Below the pieces are notes generated by a model. It saw nothing but the letters and a program-made list of their open reading frames with translations. It had not been told where the DNA came from and did no database searches. A DNA stretch of 64,000 nt, from NCBI GenBank assembly GCA_003209065.1, contig QCSX01000004.1, positions 1,328 through 65,327 on the forward strand, in the 5' to 3' direction. The stretch is from Prochlorococcus sp. AG-670-N10 (GTDB lineage Bacteria; Cyanobacteriota; Cyanobacteriia; PCC-6307; Cyanobiaceae). This document shows, piece by piece, positions 1-9,785 of this stretch; position 1 is the first letter of the stretch; the number at the start of each line of letters is the position of its first letter. Made by a program: the position numbers and the translations under genes.

Positions 1-2
1 GA

Positions 3-2198
3 GTTAGATCATCTCAAGATATACATTCAACTGTAGCAACTTCTTCAAATAAAAAAGTTTTAACACCACCAAGTAAATCTAATATACCTGCCAATAAAAT
101 TGCTAGAAAATCTACTTCACCAAAATCATCTAGTAAAGAACTTGGAATAGAAAGAAGAAAAGCAATGTCTATACATGGTAAATCAGCTATTAATTCTTCA
201 GATAGAACACGTACTGATGTCAAAAGTGATATTAAAGTAAATAAAGTTATTTCAACCGAAAAACTTCAGACCTTAAAAGATCAAGATAACACTATTCAAG
301 ATAATCAAGTAGTTAAACAAAATATCAAAAGAAGAATTAATCAAAAGAGAAAACCCATAACAAATACAAGTAGAGATATTGTTTTAGCACGAAGAGAAGC
401 TCAATCTAAACATGGAAAATCAGCATCAAAACAAAATACAAGTGCTGCTTCTTTAGCGAGAAGAGGGGACCCGGATTTATCTAGTAGGGAAATTTCTCAA
501 AGAGTAAGAGAACTTAGAAGTAAAACAGGATCTACATCAAAACAAGGTAATGGTAAATGTAGGCCATGTGGGCCAAACAAAAATGGTTCTAAATTAAATA
601 TCGCTGATGCAAGTTGGAAAGTTGGAAAAAGTGAAACAGATTCTGGACAAACTGTTACAGGAACACAAGCAAACAGATCTTTGAAAACAACAGGTAATGA
701 AGCTAGTACCTGTAGAACAGTAACTGGGACCCAATATATGGGAGCTGAGGTGACTGATCAATTCTGTCAAGATAAACCAAAATATAAACAACCTGTAAGA
801 GCCTCTGTTACAACCACAACATCCGGTAATAAGGTTACTGGTAATGAAGTGGGCAGATCTGAAAAAGTTACTGGGGATGAACCTGGGACTTGTAAAAACT
901 TGACTGGAACAGAATATATTTCTGCTAATCAGTCAAAAAAATATTGTGGGGAAGTAATAAAAAAACCAGCTAAGGTTAAGCAAAGCATAACAACTGATGG
1001 ATTAAAAGTATCTGGTTCCTTGCCAGGAAGATCATCTTTAGTAACTGGAGATGAATCAGGATCTGGGAAGCAGTTGACTGGCGATCAATATTTGGGATCA
1101 GAGCCTAGCCCAAAAGGAAAATCATTTGAAAAAGTTGGAAGTTATGACACTTTAAATGGAAATAACGTTACAGGAACTGGTGTAGGAAGATCTGATTATG
1201 TAACAGGTAATGAACATGGTAGCTGTAAAAACGTGACAGGAGATGAATATATTGGTTCCCAGCAATATGAAAAATTCTGCGGATCTACTCCACAACCTGA
1301 GGCTAGGAAAGTTGGTTTGAGTCTCTCTTCAAAATCTAATTTGATAAGTGGAACAATGACAGGGAGATCAAAAATCGTAACAGGAGATGAGCCAGGGTCA
1401 TGCAAGGTATTAACAGGAACTCCTTATGCAGGCTTAGATCAGATTAATGATAATTGTAATGCTGAAATTGCTGATGATATGAAATCTCGAGCGACTGTCA
1501 ATTCTGGAAATAATTCAAATGCAAGATTAACTGGACTGCAGCCAGGAATTGGTGGAGTAATGACTGGAGCAAGAAAAGGTGCTTGTAAAAATTTAACTGG
1601 AACTCCATATATTGGAGGGGATCAGTTTTTATCAAATTGCGAAACACCACCAAACGATGCTTCTTATGCAAATCAAGAGAAGTCAGCGTCAAATTCTTGG
1701 AAGGAATTTTCTGTTAATTCACCATCAAGAGAAAAGTATTCAGCTAAAAATACAGAAGGAGTAACAGGTAATAGGTATGAAGATAGTTCAAAGATTACAG
1801 GACCTTTTGATATGGCAGAAGATAAAGTTACGGGTACTGAGCAATTTAGATTTGAACCTAATAAAAATATGACTTATAAACAAAAAATGAAACAAGAAGA
1901 AAGTCAAAATATTGATATTCCTACAGATAAAAAAGAGCCTTCCAGAATAACAGGTGAGGGTCAGTCTGCTGGGAATATAACAGGTGATGACTGGGATAGA
2001 GGAGATAAAGTCACGGGAACAGAAGGAGTTTCTGCTAGGAAGAGGAATCCATCAAGAGCGGGATTTATGGGAGCAATGCCACCTGTTGATAATAAGAGAA
2101 ATGATGAGACAGAAAAACCTGATTTTCTTATAACTGGATCTAGTGGTAACACTCGTGATGGACAACTGGTTACCTTTTCAGGTGGTGCAAGAGGTTAA
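3..2198 (+). CDS. csoS2: Alpha-carboxysome scaffold/assembly protein CsoS2 (5'-truncated by the window edge)
   Basis: The frame of ORF 165..2198 is open back to base 3 (VRSSQDIH...SSKELGIERRKAMSIHGK), so the real start lies upstream of the window. It has Rubisco-binding N-peptide repeats, six M-repeats of [VIL][TS]G triplets ending in Y, a C-terminal LITGSSGNT...VTFSGGARG, and csoSCA directly downstream. Confidence 0.97.
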   Translation, partial: VRSSQDIHSTVATSSNKKVLTPPSKSNIPANKIARKSTSPKSSSKELGIERRKAMSIHGKSAINSSDRTRTDVKSDIKVNKVISTEKLQTLKDQDNTIQDNQVVKQNIKRRINQKRKPITNTSRDIVLARREAQSKHGKSASKQNTSAASLARRGDPDLSSREISQRVRELRSKTGSTSKQGNGKCRPCGPNKNGSKLNIADASWKVGKSETDSGQTVTGTQANRSLKTTGNEASTCRTVTGTQYMGAEVTDQFCQDKPKYKQPVRASVTTTTSGNKVTGNEVGRSEKVTGDEPGTCKNLTGTEYISANQSKKYCGEVIKKPAKVKQSITTDGLKVSGSLPGRSSLVTGDESGSGKQLTGDQYLGSEPSPKGKSFEKVGSYDTLNGNNVTGTGVGRSDYVTGNEHGSCKNVTGDEYIGSQQYEKFCGSTPQPEARKVGLSLSSKSNLISGTMTGRSKIVTGDEPGSCKVLTGTPYAGLDQINDNCNAEIADDMKSRATVNSGNNSNARLTGLQPGIGGVMTGARKGACKNLTGTPYIGGDQFLSNCETPPNDASYANQEKSASNSWKEFSVNSPSREKYSAKNTEGVTGNRYEDSSKITGPFDMAEDKVTGTEQFRFEPNKNMTYKQKMKQEESQNIDIPTDKKEPSRITGEGQSAGNITGDDWDRGDKVTGTEGVSARKRNPSRAGFMGAMPPVDNKRNDETEKPDFLITGSSGNTRDGQLVTFSGGARG
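618..1610 (+). repeat. Six degenerate M-region protein repeats of CsoS2
   Basis: Units of about 40-50 aa with the pattern V(T/S)G..GRS..VTGDE.G.CK.(L/V)TG..Y recur six times in the translation. The third unit is shorter and lacks Cys. Boundaries are approximate. Confidence 0.85.
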
Positions 2199-2205
2199 TT
2201 AAATA

Positions 2206-3735
2206 ATGCCTTTGAGAGGACTGGCTAAAGCCAAGAACTTCACATTGGGGCCAACCGCTCCAATGAAAACATTTACAGAAAATGTTCATTCACAGAATAA
2301 TGAAATAAATAATTTAAGAAATATTGATAAGACTCATAACTTAACTAATAATTCTCAGAATGAAAAACTTTATAAATATGAAAGTCAAATAAAAAGTAGT
2401 TTTGACAGAATTGTCCCTACTTTGAAAGAAATTGCGTATATACAACATCAAGAGGATTTTATAAATAGAGCTCAATCTATATCTAAGCAAAATTTAGGAA
2501 TAGATTTGCCACCACATATTTTAGATAAATCTTGGGTTCAACCATTAAATATGAGGGCATTATATGCATGGTGCGCCTTTAAGCAGCATGAGAAATTAAG
2601 CGATAATTTTTTCGAAAATGACCCTTTAGAGGGTTCTTCTGGTAGTCCTAACGCAAATAATTTTGAGACAATACTGCTAGATTGTGGAATTCACTTGTTA
2701 GACATAACACCTTGCTCTGATGGAAGATTAGCTCATTGCGTAGCTTATGTAATGAGAATTCCATTTAGTGCAGTTAGAAGAAGATCACATGCAGGAGCGC
2801 TCTTTGATATCGAAAATACTGTGAATAGATGGGTAAAAACTGAACATAAAAGATATAGAGAAAATAAGCCAAATGAAGCCCATAAAGATACAAGGTACTT
2901 AAAAATCGTCACATATCATTTTAGTTCTGTTGACCCTTTACATCAGGGATGCGCTGCTCATGGTAGTGATGATAAATTAGCAGCTAAAGAGGGTCTTGAA
3001 AAATTACTAGCTTTTAAGGAGGCTGTAGAAAATAGTTTCTGCTGCGGGGCTTCAGTAGATCTTATGTTAATTGGTCTTGATACTGATACTGATTCGTTGA
3101 AAATTCATTTATCGTCAAGTGACGGAAAGATTGATTTAGATAATACTATTTCTAGTTTAGATATCTACAATTCCACAATAAATTTTTCAAAAGATGAAGC
3201 AGAAAAAGAAATTTGTCAGATTATTTCAGGGAATTCTAATAAGGGTCAACTAAAGGGATTGGATAAGTTTGTTTTCAAATTAATAGTCAATAATATTTCT
3301 CAGATTGATTACGTTAAGAAATTTCATAAAGGTTCTTATGAAGATATTGGTCATGCTGAAAGGTTTATTGGGGTTGGGATTGGTTTTAAAGAGGTTCATC
3401 TAAGAAATTTAACGTATTTTGCTCATCTTGATACAGTTGAAGAAGGTTCTCCTGACTTGGATGTGGGAGTAAAGATTTTTACAGGATTAAATGTTTCTCA
3501 AGATCTACCTATCCCCGTAGTAATAAGATTTGATTATTCTGGTAAAGTTCCAGGGGCGAAAGAAAGGGCTGCAAAAGATTGTTACAGAGTCAATAATGCG
3601 ATATCAATTAGATATAAAAGTTTAGTTGATAAAGGGTTGTTACACACTTGTCTTACTATTAGAGATAGGGACAACATTCATTCCGCCCAAATTATTGGAA
3701 TGTCTTTAGATCAAAAAACAAAGGAGGCCCATTAA
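2206..3735 (+). CDS. csoSCA: Carboxysome carbonic anhydrase CsoSCA (CsoS3)
   Basis: 509 aa with Zn-ligand motifs PCSDGRL and YHFS...HQGCAAHGS; lies between csoS2 and csoS4A. Confidence 0.97.
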   Translation: MPLRGLAKAKNFTLGPTAPMKTFTENVHSQNNEINNLRNIDKTHNLTNNSQNEKLYKYESQIKSSFDRIVPTLKEIAYIQHQEDFINRAQSISKQNLGIDLPPHILDKSWVQPLNMRALYAWCAFKQHEKLSDNFFENDPLEGSSGSPNANNFETILLDCGIHLLDITPCSDGRLAHCVAYVMRIPFSAVRRRSHAGALFDIENTVNRWVKTEHKRYRENKPNEAHKDTRYLKIVTYHFSSVDPLHQGCAAHGSDDKLAAKEGLEKLLAFKEAVENSFCCGASVDLMLIGLDTDTDSLKIHLSSSDGKIDLDNTISSLDIYNSTINFSKDEAEKEICQIISGNSNKGQLKGLDKFVFKLIVNNISQIDYVKKFHKGSYEDIGHAERFIGVGIGFKEVHLRNLTYFAHLDTVEEGSPDLDVGVKIFTGLNVSQDLPIPVVIRFDYSGKVPGAKERAAKDCYRVNNAISIRYKSLVDKGLLHTCLTIRDRDNIHSAQIIGMSLDQKTKEAH

Positions 3736-3738
3736 ATC

Positions 3739-4005
3739 ATGCTTATTTGTAAGGTATTGAAACCACTTGTTTCAACAAATAGAATACCGGGATTCGAGCA
3801 TAAGCATCTTCAAGTAGTTTTAGATGGCTCTTCTAATAAGGTTGCCGTTGATGCTGTGGGATGTAAGCCCGGTGATTGGGTTATTTGTGTTGGTAGTTCT
3901 GCTGCTAGAGAAGCTGCAGGGAGTAAGTCATATCCAAGTGATTTAACGATTGTTGGAATTATTGATCATTGGGATCCCGATAGTCCAAAACAGATTGAGG
4001 TGTAG
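3739..4005 (+). CDS. csoS4A: Carboxysome vertex pentamer protein CsoS4A (peptide A)
   Basis: 88 aa BMC-P protein, VAVDAVGCKPGDWV...GSSAAR...DLTIVGIID. Confidence 0.96.
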   Translation: MLICKVLKPLVSTNRIPGFEHKHLQVVLDGSSNKVAVDAVGCKPGDWVICVGSSAAREAAGSKSYPSDLTIVGIIDHWDPDSPKQIEV

Positions 4006-4010
4006 AAATT

Positions 4011-4259
4011 TTGGAAATAATGAAGGTATGTGGAAGAATGGTCTGCACCCAGAGAGTAGCTGGCCTTGGACACATGAATTTGAGAATTTTAGAAAATAAT
4101 AAAGGTAAAAAAGTTGTGGCAGTTGATCCTGTTGGAGCTAGAGAGGGTAATTGGGTTTTTACGGCTAGTGGCTCAGCAGCAAGGTTTGCTTGCCCTAATC
4201 CAGAAGTTCAAACTGATTTAACCATTGGCGGAATTATTGATTACTGGGAATCCAATTAG
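4011..4259 (+). CDS. csoS4B: Carboxysome vertex pentamer protein CsoS4B (peptide B)
   Basis: 82 aa, TTG start, VAVDPVGAREGNWV...GSAAR...DLTIGGIID; paralog of the preceding gene. Confidence 0.95.
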   Translation: MEIMKVCGRMVCTQRVAGLGHMNLRILENNKGKKVVAVDPVGAREGNWVFTASGSAARFACPNPEVQTDLTIGGIIDYWESN

Positions 4260-4358
4260 ACTTTTATAGTTTTTGCTTGTCCTAATTTATTTGTCAAAAT
4301 AATTAGTAAAATATCAAATAAATGTATAGTATTAATTGCTGTTGCAAATTATGTCTTA

Positions 4359-4598
4359 ATGTGGAAAAAAAGGGAGTCTCCTTCAAGAATTGAAAAAAGA
4401 TTTGAGTTTGAAGAGTATCAAAAAATTAGTATATTTTTGAAAAAAACAGATGAATTATGTAAAGAAAAAAATATCTATCCCAATATTAGTTTTGGTAAGA
4501 ATTTTGTTAGTGTAACCATCTTTTTAGATTCTGAGGAAATACCAAGTAATGAAAAAGAATTTTCTATAAAATTAGATAATTTCTTTTTAGAAAAATAA
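4359..4598 (+). CDS. Pterin-4a-carbinolamine dehydratase-like protein, probable alpha-carboxysome Rubisco assembly factor (acRAF/Raf2-like)
   Basis: W...IEKRFEFEEY...F...YPNISFG..V.VTI PCD-fold pattern with no His residue (catalytic His motif absent); immediately downstream of csoS4B. Confidence 0.8.
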   Translation: MWKKRESPSRIEKRFEFEEYQKISIFLKKTDELCKEKNIYPNISFGKNFVSVTIFLDSEEIPSNEKEFSIKLDNFFLEK

Positions 4599-4603
4599 TG
4601 TGC

Positions 4604-4831
4604 TTAATAATGATTAGGTTTATCAATATCTCTTTTAATTAGAGCCATTAAATAAGTAGGGGCTTTATATCTTCCAGGAAGGCATCTATTTAATGTTTCA
4701 AGATGACCCCAACAAACTGTCCTTTCAATCTCTTTAATTGAATTGCCTTTTAAAATTAATAACCTTAGCGCTTTACAAAATAAAGGGTAGCCTGCTTCTA
4801 GTTCATCTATATTTAGCTTTGCTGCTGTCAT
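4604..4831 (-). CDS. Conserved picocyanobacterial protein (DUF3136-like)
   Basis: 75 aa, LxIxELEAGYPLFCKALRLL...RTVCW..LE.L...LP.RYKAP.YL, recalled as a cso-associated small protein. Confidence 0.8.
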   Translation of the reverse strand: MTAAKLNIDELEAGYPLFCKALRLLILKGNSIKEIERTVCWGHLETLNRCLPGRYKAPTYLMALIKRDIDKPNHY

Positions 4832-4916
4832 AGATCAAGGAAGTTTTGTTATTTAATAATCTATACAAATATGGTGCACAATTGGCTGTTATTTTAAATT
4901 TCTAAATAATTATAAA

Positions 4917-5309
4917 TTAATCTAAAAAAGCGACGCAATCTATTTCAATCAATACACCTTTTGGCAAAGAAGAAACTTCTACACATGCTCTTGCAGGTGG
5001 GTTCTCTACCTTAAAAAAATCACTATATATATCATTAACAGTTTTAAAATTTTTTAAATCAGTTAAATAAATAGTTGTTTTAATTACGTCTTCTGCTTTT
5101 GCTCCTCCTGCATTAAGAACAGCTAAAAGATTTTTTAAAACTTGAGTAGTTTCTCTCTCAATATTACCTGGGCATTCTATTTTATTTGAAACTGGATCAA
5201 TAGCGATTTGACCTGAACAATAAACAAAATTTCCGGCTTTAATTGCTTGGTTATAAGGACCAACTGGGTCCGGTGCATTAGAAGTCTTAATTACTTTTGT
5301 TGTAGACAT
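4917..5309 (-). CDS. ridA: RidA/YjgF/UK114 family imine deaminase
   Basis: APDPVGPYNQA, SGQI, PARACVEV..LP....IEID motifs; catalytic Arg present. Confidence 0.9.
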   Translation of the reverse strand: MSTTKVIKTSNAPDPVGPYNQAIKAGNFVYCSGQIAIDPVSNKIECPGNIERETTQVLKNLLAVLNAGGAKAEDVIKTTIYLTDLKNFKTVNDIYSDFFKVENPPARACVEVSSLPKGVLIEIDCVAFLD

Positions 5310-5333
5310 TTGACTAAGGATACTTATATGAAT

Positions 5334-6074
5334 TTAAACCCATAAATCTTTATTTGCTCTTAGATAAGAAAATCCTTTTAAATTATCTGCTTTTAAAAAC
5401 AGATTAATTTTCATCTCTTCTTCAAGTAGACATGGAATTGTAAGTTCTTTTAGAGCAATTTTCTTTTCAACTTCAATAAGTTTATTTTTAATATTTTGAT
5501 TTTCTGGTTCAAGATCTAAGGCCCACAAAAGATTTGACTTGGTATATTCATGAGCACAGTAAATAAGAGTGTTTTTAGGTAATGACTTGATTTTTTTAAG
5601 AGAATCATACATTTGTTTATAGGTGCCTTCAAAGATTCTTCCACATCCAGCTGAAAATAAAGTATCGCCAATAAAAAGGACAGGAACTTTGCTATGAATG
5701 TAAAAAGCTATATGAGATATCGTATGACCCATTACTTCGAGTACTTGAACTTCTTCATCTAATAGATGTAACGTGTCTCCCTCCTTGACAGATAAATTTT
5801 GAAAAGGGATCCGATCTTTTTCTTTAACGGAGGCTATAACTTTAACATTGGGCCACTCTTTTATAAGTTCTACAGTACCTCCAATATGATCTAAGTGATG
5901 ATGTGTTTGTAAAATAGCCTCTAAATTAAGATTATTGCCTTTTAGGTAATCTATTACAGGTTGAGAAAGGGCAGGATCAATAACTACTGCTGAGTTATTA
6001 TTTTCCCATATCCAAATGACATTATCACTTAGAACCCTAATGCCAATTATTTTTCGTGCTTTATTAAATTCCAT
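5334..6074 (-). CDS. gloB: Hydroxyacylglutathione hydrolase (glyoxalase II)
   Basis: [35 protein letters not shown] motifs. Confidence 0.95.
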   Translation of the reverse strand: MEFNKARKIIGIRVLSDNVIWIWENNNSAVVIDPALSQPVIDYLKGNNLNLEAILQTHHHLDHIGGTVELIKEWPNVKVIASVKEKDRIPFQNLSVKEGDTLHLLDEEVQVLEVMGHTISHIAFYIHSKVPVLFIGDTLFSAGCGRIFEGTYKQMYDSLKKIKSLPKNTLIYCAHEYTKSNLLWALDLEPENQNIKNKLIEVEKKIALKELTIPCLLEEEMKINLFLKADNLKGFSYLRANKDLWV

Positions 6075-6116
6075 TATTACCTTAGAATTAAAAGATTGTG
6101 TAAAAAAAATTGATCT

Positions 6117-6755
6117 ATGATTACTATAGCTTTACCTAAAGGAGCTCTGTTAGAAGATTCAATTTTAATTTTTAAAAAAGCAGGATTGAACTTCTCTGAT
6201 GCATTGCTAAAGAACAATAGATCATTAACTATTGAATCAAAATGTAAACGAGCAAAAGCCTTATTGGTTAGAAATGGAGATGTCCCGGTTTATGTTAGTT
6301 ACGGACAAGCTGATTTAGGAATTGTAGGATATGACGTATTAAAGGAATCTGAATTGAAAGTAGCTAAGTTACTTGATTTGGAGTTTGGGGGATGTCATAT
6401 GTCCCTTGCAGTAAAAAATAATAGTAATTATTCAAAACCTACTGATCTTCCTGCTAATTGCAAAGTGGCGAGTAAATTTACAAAAACAGCGAGAGCATAC
6501 TTTGATAACTTAAATATACCTGTTGAGATTGTACATTTAACTGGCTCTGTAGAGCTTGGTCCTATTACAGGAATGGCTGAAGCAATAGTTGATTTGGTCG
6601 CAACAGGTAAGACTCTTAAAGAAAACGGTTTAAGTAAAATTGACGATCTTTTTTATTCAACAGCAAGGTTAATTGCTAATCCTCTTTCTATTAGATTAGA
6701 TAGCAATCCCCTCCGAGATGTTATTTTATCAATAGAATCTTTTAAAGGTAATTAG
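6117..6755 (+). CDS. hisG: ATP phosphoribosyltransferase, short form (HisZ-dependent)
   Basis: IALPKG, DVPVYV..G.ADLGIVG.D, GSVELGP..G.A.AIVDLV.TG.TL; 212 aa, lacks the C-terminal regulatory domain. Confidence 0.96.
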   Translation: MITIALPKGALLEDSILIFKKAGLNFSDALLKNNRSLTIESKCKRAKALLVRNGDVPVYVSYGQADLGIVGYDVLKESELKVAKLLDLEFGGCHMSLAVKNNSNYSKPTDLPANCKVASKFTKTARAYFDNLNIPVEIVHLTGSVELGPITGMAEAIVDLVATGKTLKENGLSKIDDLFYSTARLIANPLSIRLDSNPLRDVILSIESFKGN

Positions 6756-6768
6756 CAAATTTAAATAA

Positions 6769-8565
6769 ATGTTTTTGAATGATTTTAATAGAATCAAAAA
6801 GTTAGGAAGATATTTAACTAAAGATAAAAAAACAATTTATCTTATTTTAATAGTCTTATTACCGGTTTCTTTTGCAGGAGCAATTCAACCATTATTGGTT
6901 GGCCAGGCGATTACAATCTTAAAAAATGAGAGTACAGATGTCTGGTTAAGCAAAACCTTCTTTGGGCAATCTATAAATTTAATTATTATTACTTTGTTTA
7001 TAACTGTTCTTTTTAGGTTAGTTTTGCAAGGGTATCAATCATATAATATCCAATCAGTTGGCCAGAGATTGACAGCAAGGATTAGAAGAGAGCTTTTCGA
7101 TCACTCTATTTCTCTTTCTTTGAAGTATCACGATAAAATGCCTGTTGGTAAATTGCTAACAAGACTTACCAATGATGTAGATGCCTTGGCTGAGGTCTTT
7201 GGAAGTGGGGCTGTGGGAGTTATTGCTGATTTTGTAAGTCTTATAGTTATTTCATTAACAATGCTTTCAATAGATAAAGGGCTCGCAGTTTTACTTCTCA
7301 TAACACAAATTCCGGTTTCCTATTTTATTATTTGGCTACAAAAACGCTATAGAAAAGCAAATTATCAGGTAAGAGAGGAGTTATCTCAACTTAACTCTGA
7401 CTTCCAAGAGAACCTTCAAGGATTAGAAGTTGTTCAAATGTTTAGGAGAGAATCTTATAATAGTAAGAAATTTTCCAATACAGGCATTGCATATCAGAAA
7501 GCTGTAAATGGTACTATTTTTTACGATAGTAGTATATCTGCTTTTATAGAGTGGATATCCCTCGCGGCAGTATCTTTGGTATTAGCTGTAGGTGGTTATC
7601 TAGTAACTTCGGGTAGTATTGGTTTAGGAACATTAACAACATTTATTCTTTATTCCCAAAGACTCTTCGAGCCTTTAAGACAATTAGCAGAGAGATTTAC
7701 CCAGATTCAAGGTGGACTTACTGCTGTAGAGAGAATAAATGAATTATTAAATGAAGAGATTGAGATTAAAGACTCTATTTCTACTCAACAACGTTCAGGA
7801 GGAATTTTAAGTAAGGACTATAAATTTAAAGGGAAAATTGAATTTCGGAATGTAAATTTCTTTTATAACGAGGGTGAACATGTAATAAAAGACCTATCAT
7901 TTTTAATTAATCCAGGAGAACATGTAGCTTTTGTTGGCCCAACTGGTTCTGGTAAAACAACCATAATAAGGTTGTTATGTAGACTATATGAGCCTCAAGA
8001 AGGCCAGATTTTGATAGATGATGTAGATATTAAGGATATACCAATAGCAAGACTTAGAAATATGCTTGGTGTCGTGCTGCAAGATACTTTTATTTTTAGT
8101 GGTGATGTTGCAGAAAACTTAAAATTAAGTACCGATATTAATAAACAAGACTTAGAAAATATTTGTATAGAGCTTGGTTTAGATACTTTATTGAAAAAGT
8201 TGCCTGATGGTTTAAATACTTATCTTAGAGAGAGAGGAGGTAATCTTTCATCCGGAGAAAGACAACTTCTTTCTGTAGCTAGGGTAGCCATAAGAAATCC
8301 AATTATCTTGATAATGGACGAAGCTACTGCATTTATGGATCCATCTACAGAAGCCACCTTACAAAAAGATCTTGAAAGAATATTGAATAAAAGAACGGCA
8401 TTAGTCATCGCGCATAGATTAGCTACTATTGAGAAATCTGATAAAATATTAGTCTTAAAAGGGGGAACTTTAATTGAAGAAGGGAATCATAAAGAGCTTA
8501 GACTCAAAAAAGGATTATATTTCCAACTTTCCGAGCTTCAAGAAAAAGGATTTGCTAGCTTTTAA
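6769..8565 (+). CDS. ABC exporter, fused permease/ATP-binding (MdlB-like)
   Basis: N-terminal TM helices; Walker A GPTGSGKT, signature LSSGERQ, Walker B ILIMDEAT, H-loop IAHRL. Confidence 0.93.
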   Translation: MFLNDFNRIKKLGRYLTKDKKTIYLILIVLLPVSFAGAIQPLLVGQAITILKNESTDVWLSKTFFGQSINLIIITLFITVLFRLVLQGYQSYNIQSVGQRLTARIRRELFDHSISLSLKYHDKMPVGKLLTRLTNDVDALAEVFGSGAVGVIADFVSLIVISLTMLSIDKGLAVLLLITQIPVSYFIIWLQKRYRKANYQVREELSQLNSDFQENLQGLEVVQMFRRESYNSKKFSNTGIAYQKAVNGTIFYDSSISAFIEWISLAAVSLVLAVGGYLVTSGSIGLGTLTTFILYSQRLFEPLRQLAERFTQIQGGLTAVERINELLNEEIEIKDSISTQQRSGGILSKDYKFKGKIEFRNVNFFYNEGEHVIKDLSFLINPGEHVAFVGPTGSGKTTIIRLLCRLYEPQEGQILIDDVDIKDIPIARLRNMLGVVLQDTFIFSGDVAENLKLSTDINKQDLENICIELGLDTLLKKLPDGLNTYLRERGGNLSSGERQLLSVARVAIRNPIILIMDEATAFMDPSTEATLQKDLERILNKRTALVIAHRLATIEKSDKILVLKGGTLIEEGNHKELRLKKGLYFQLSELQEKGFASF

Positions 8566-9095
8566 TGATTTTTAGGAACAAAAGGTCATCAATTAAGAAA
8601 ACAAATATTCTTTCTCGAGATGAGCTGAATAAAAATTATGGTTTAAATTCTTATGAATTCACCCATCAAGAGAAAAAAGAGATTTTTGTTTGTAGCAAGG
8701 TCAAGGAATTTGACCTTATTGAGTTAGATCAACTTTTGCAGACTGTAGGATGGAGCAGGAGGCCAATAAGGCGAGTTAAAAGAGCTTTAGAATTTAGTAT
8801 TCTAGTAGTTGGATTATGGCGTCATGATGAGAAATTTCCTAGGCTTGTAGGTTTCGCTAGATGTACTGGGGACGGAATTATTGAGGCAACTATTTGGGAT
8901 GTTGCTGTCAATCCTGTTTATCAAGGGCTTGGATTAGGTAAAGAATTGATGAAATATATATTGAAAGAATTAAAAAAAATTGGAATATCAAAGGTTACTT
9001 TATTCGCGGATGCCGAGGTGGTTTCATTTTATAAAAGGCAGGGTTGGGAATTAGAACCAAAAGGTTCAAAATGTGCTTTTTGGTATGCAAATTAA
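8565..9095 (+). CDS. GNAT acetyltransferase, Ycf52 family
   Basis: VGWSRRP, ATIWDVAVNPVYQGLGLG acetyl-CoA motif, FYKRQGW; TAATG stop/start overlap with the ABC gene. Confidence 0.88.
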   Translation: MIFRNKRSSIKKTNILSRDELNKNYGLNSYEFTHQEKKEIFVCSKVKEFDLIELDQLLQTVGWSRRPIRRVKRALEFSILVVGLWRHDEKFPRLVGFARCTGDGIIEATIWDVAVNPVYQGLGLGKELMKYILKELKKIGISKVTLFADAEVVSFYKRQGWELEPKGSKCAFWYAN

Positions 9096-9096
9096 T

Positions 9097-9780
9097 TTAA
9101 TTTTTATAATAATCATTATATAAAGATTTTATTGACTCCCCTTTTAACCATCTTTTCCTATAACTCCAATTCTTGATTGCTTGAAAAATAATATTAGTTT
9201 TTTCCCACTTCCTACTACTTGTATAAATTGGAATAGTTAATCTTTTTAAAGATGCCTTATTCTTTAATCTTTTTATAAAATCTAAATCCTCCATCAAAGG
9301 AATTTTTCGATAACCTTTGTTTTTAAAATATGTTTCCCTGTGAATTAAGAGACCTTGATCGCCATATGGATCTTTGAAGATGTAGCTTCTAAGATTTACA
9401 ACTATCTCGAGAAATCTGTAAATAATCTTTTTATTATTAATCTTGAATTTAAAAAAACAAACAGAATTTTCATTGTATCTTATTACTGAAGTTACTTTTT
9501 TTAACCAATAATGACTAAGCCTAGAATCGGCATGTAAGAAAATAAACCATTTTCCTGTAGCCTTTTTGGCTCCGATATTTAATTGCAACCCTCTGTTCTT
9601 CTTTTTTGATTTATATATCTTTGATCCATATAACTTTCCTATATCTAAAGTTTTATCCTTACTATGACAATCTACAATTATAATTTCAGCATCCTCATTA
9701 GAAATTGATAAATCCGAGAGAAGTAATGGTAGGTTCTGAGATTCGTTATACGTTGGAATAATAATTGAGATTTTAGGCAA
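9097..9780 (-). CDS. GT2 glycosyltransferase, TIGR04283 family
   Basis: ISIIIPTYNE, NRGLQLNIGA, FLHADS, PYGDQGL, IPLMED, TSSRKW motifs; TTG start. Confidence 0.85.
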   Translation of the reverse strand: MPKISIIIPTYNESQNLPLLLSDLSISNEDAEIIIVDCHSKDKTLDIGKLYGSKIYKSKKKNRGLQLNIGAKKATGKWFIFLHADSRLSHYWLKKVTSVIRYNENSVCFFKFKINNKKIIYRFLEIVVNLRSYIFKDPYGDQGLLIHRETYFKNKGYRKIPLMEDLDFIKRLKNKASLKRLTIPIYTSSRKWEKTNIIFQAIKNWSYRKRWLKGESIKSLYNDYYKN

Positions 9781-9785
9781 CTTAA

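Noticed and set aside
165..167. ATG at 165 as the csoS2 start
   Set aside because: The frame is open to the window edge and this Met lies inside an N-peptide repeat (RRKAMSIHGK).
14..2152. Five short antisense ORFs inside csoS2
   Set aside because: Shadow ORFs opposite a well-supported gene, with no recognisable motifs.
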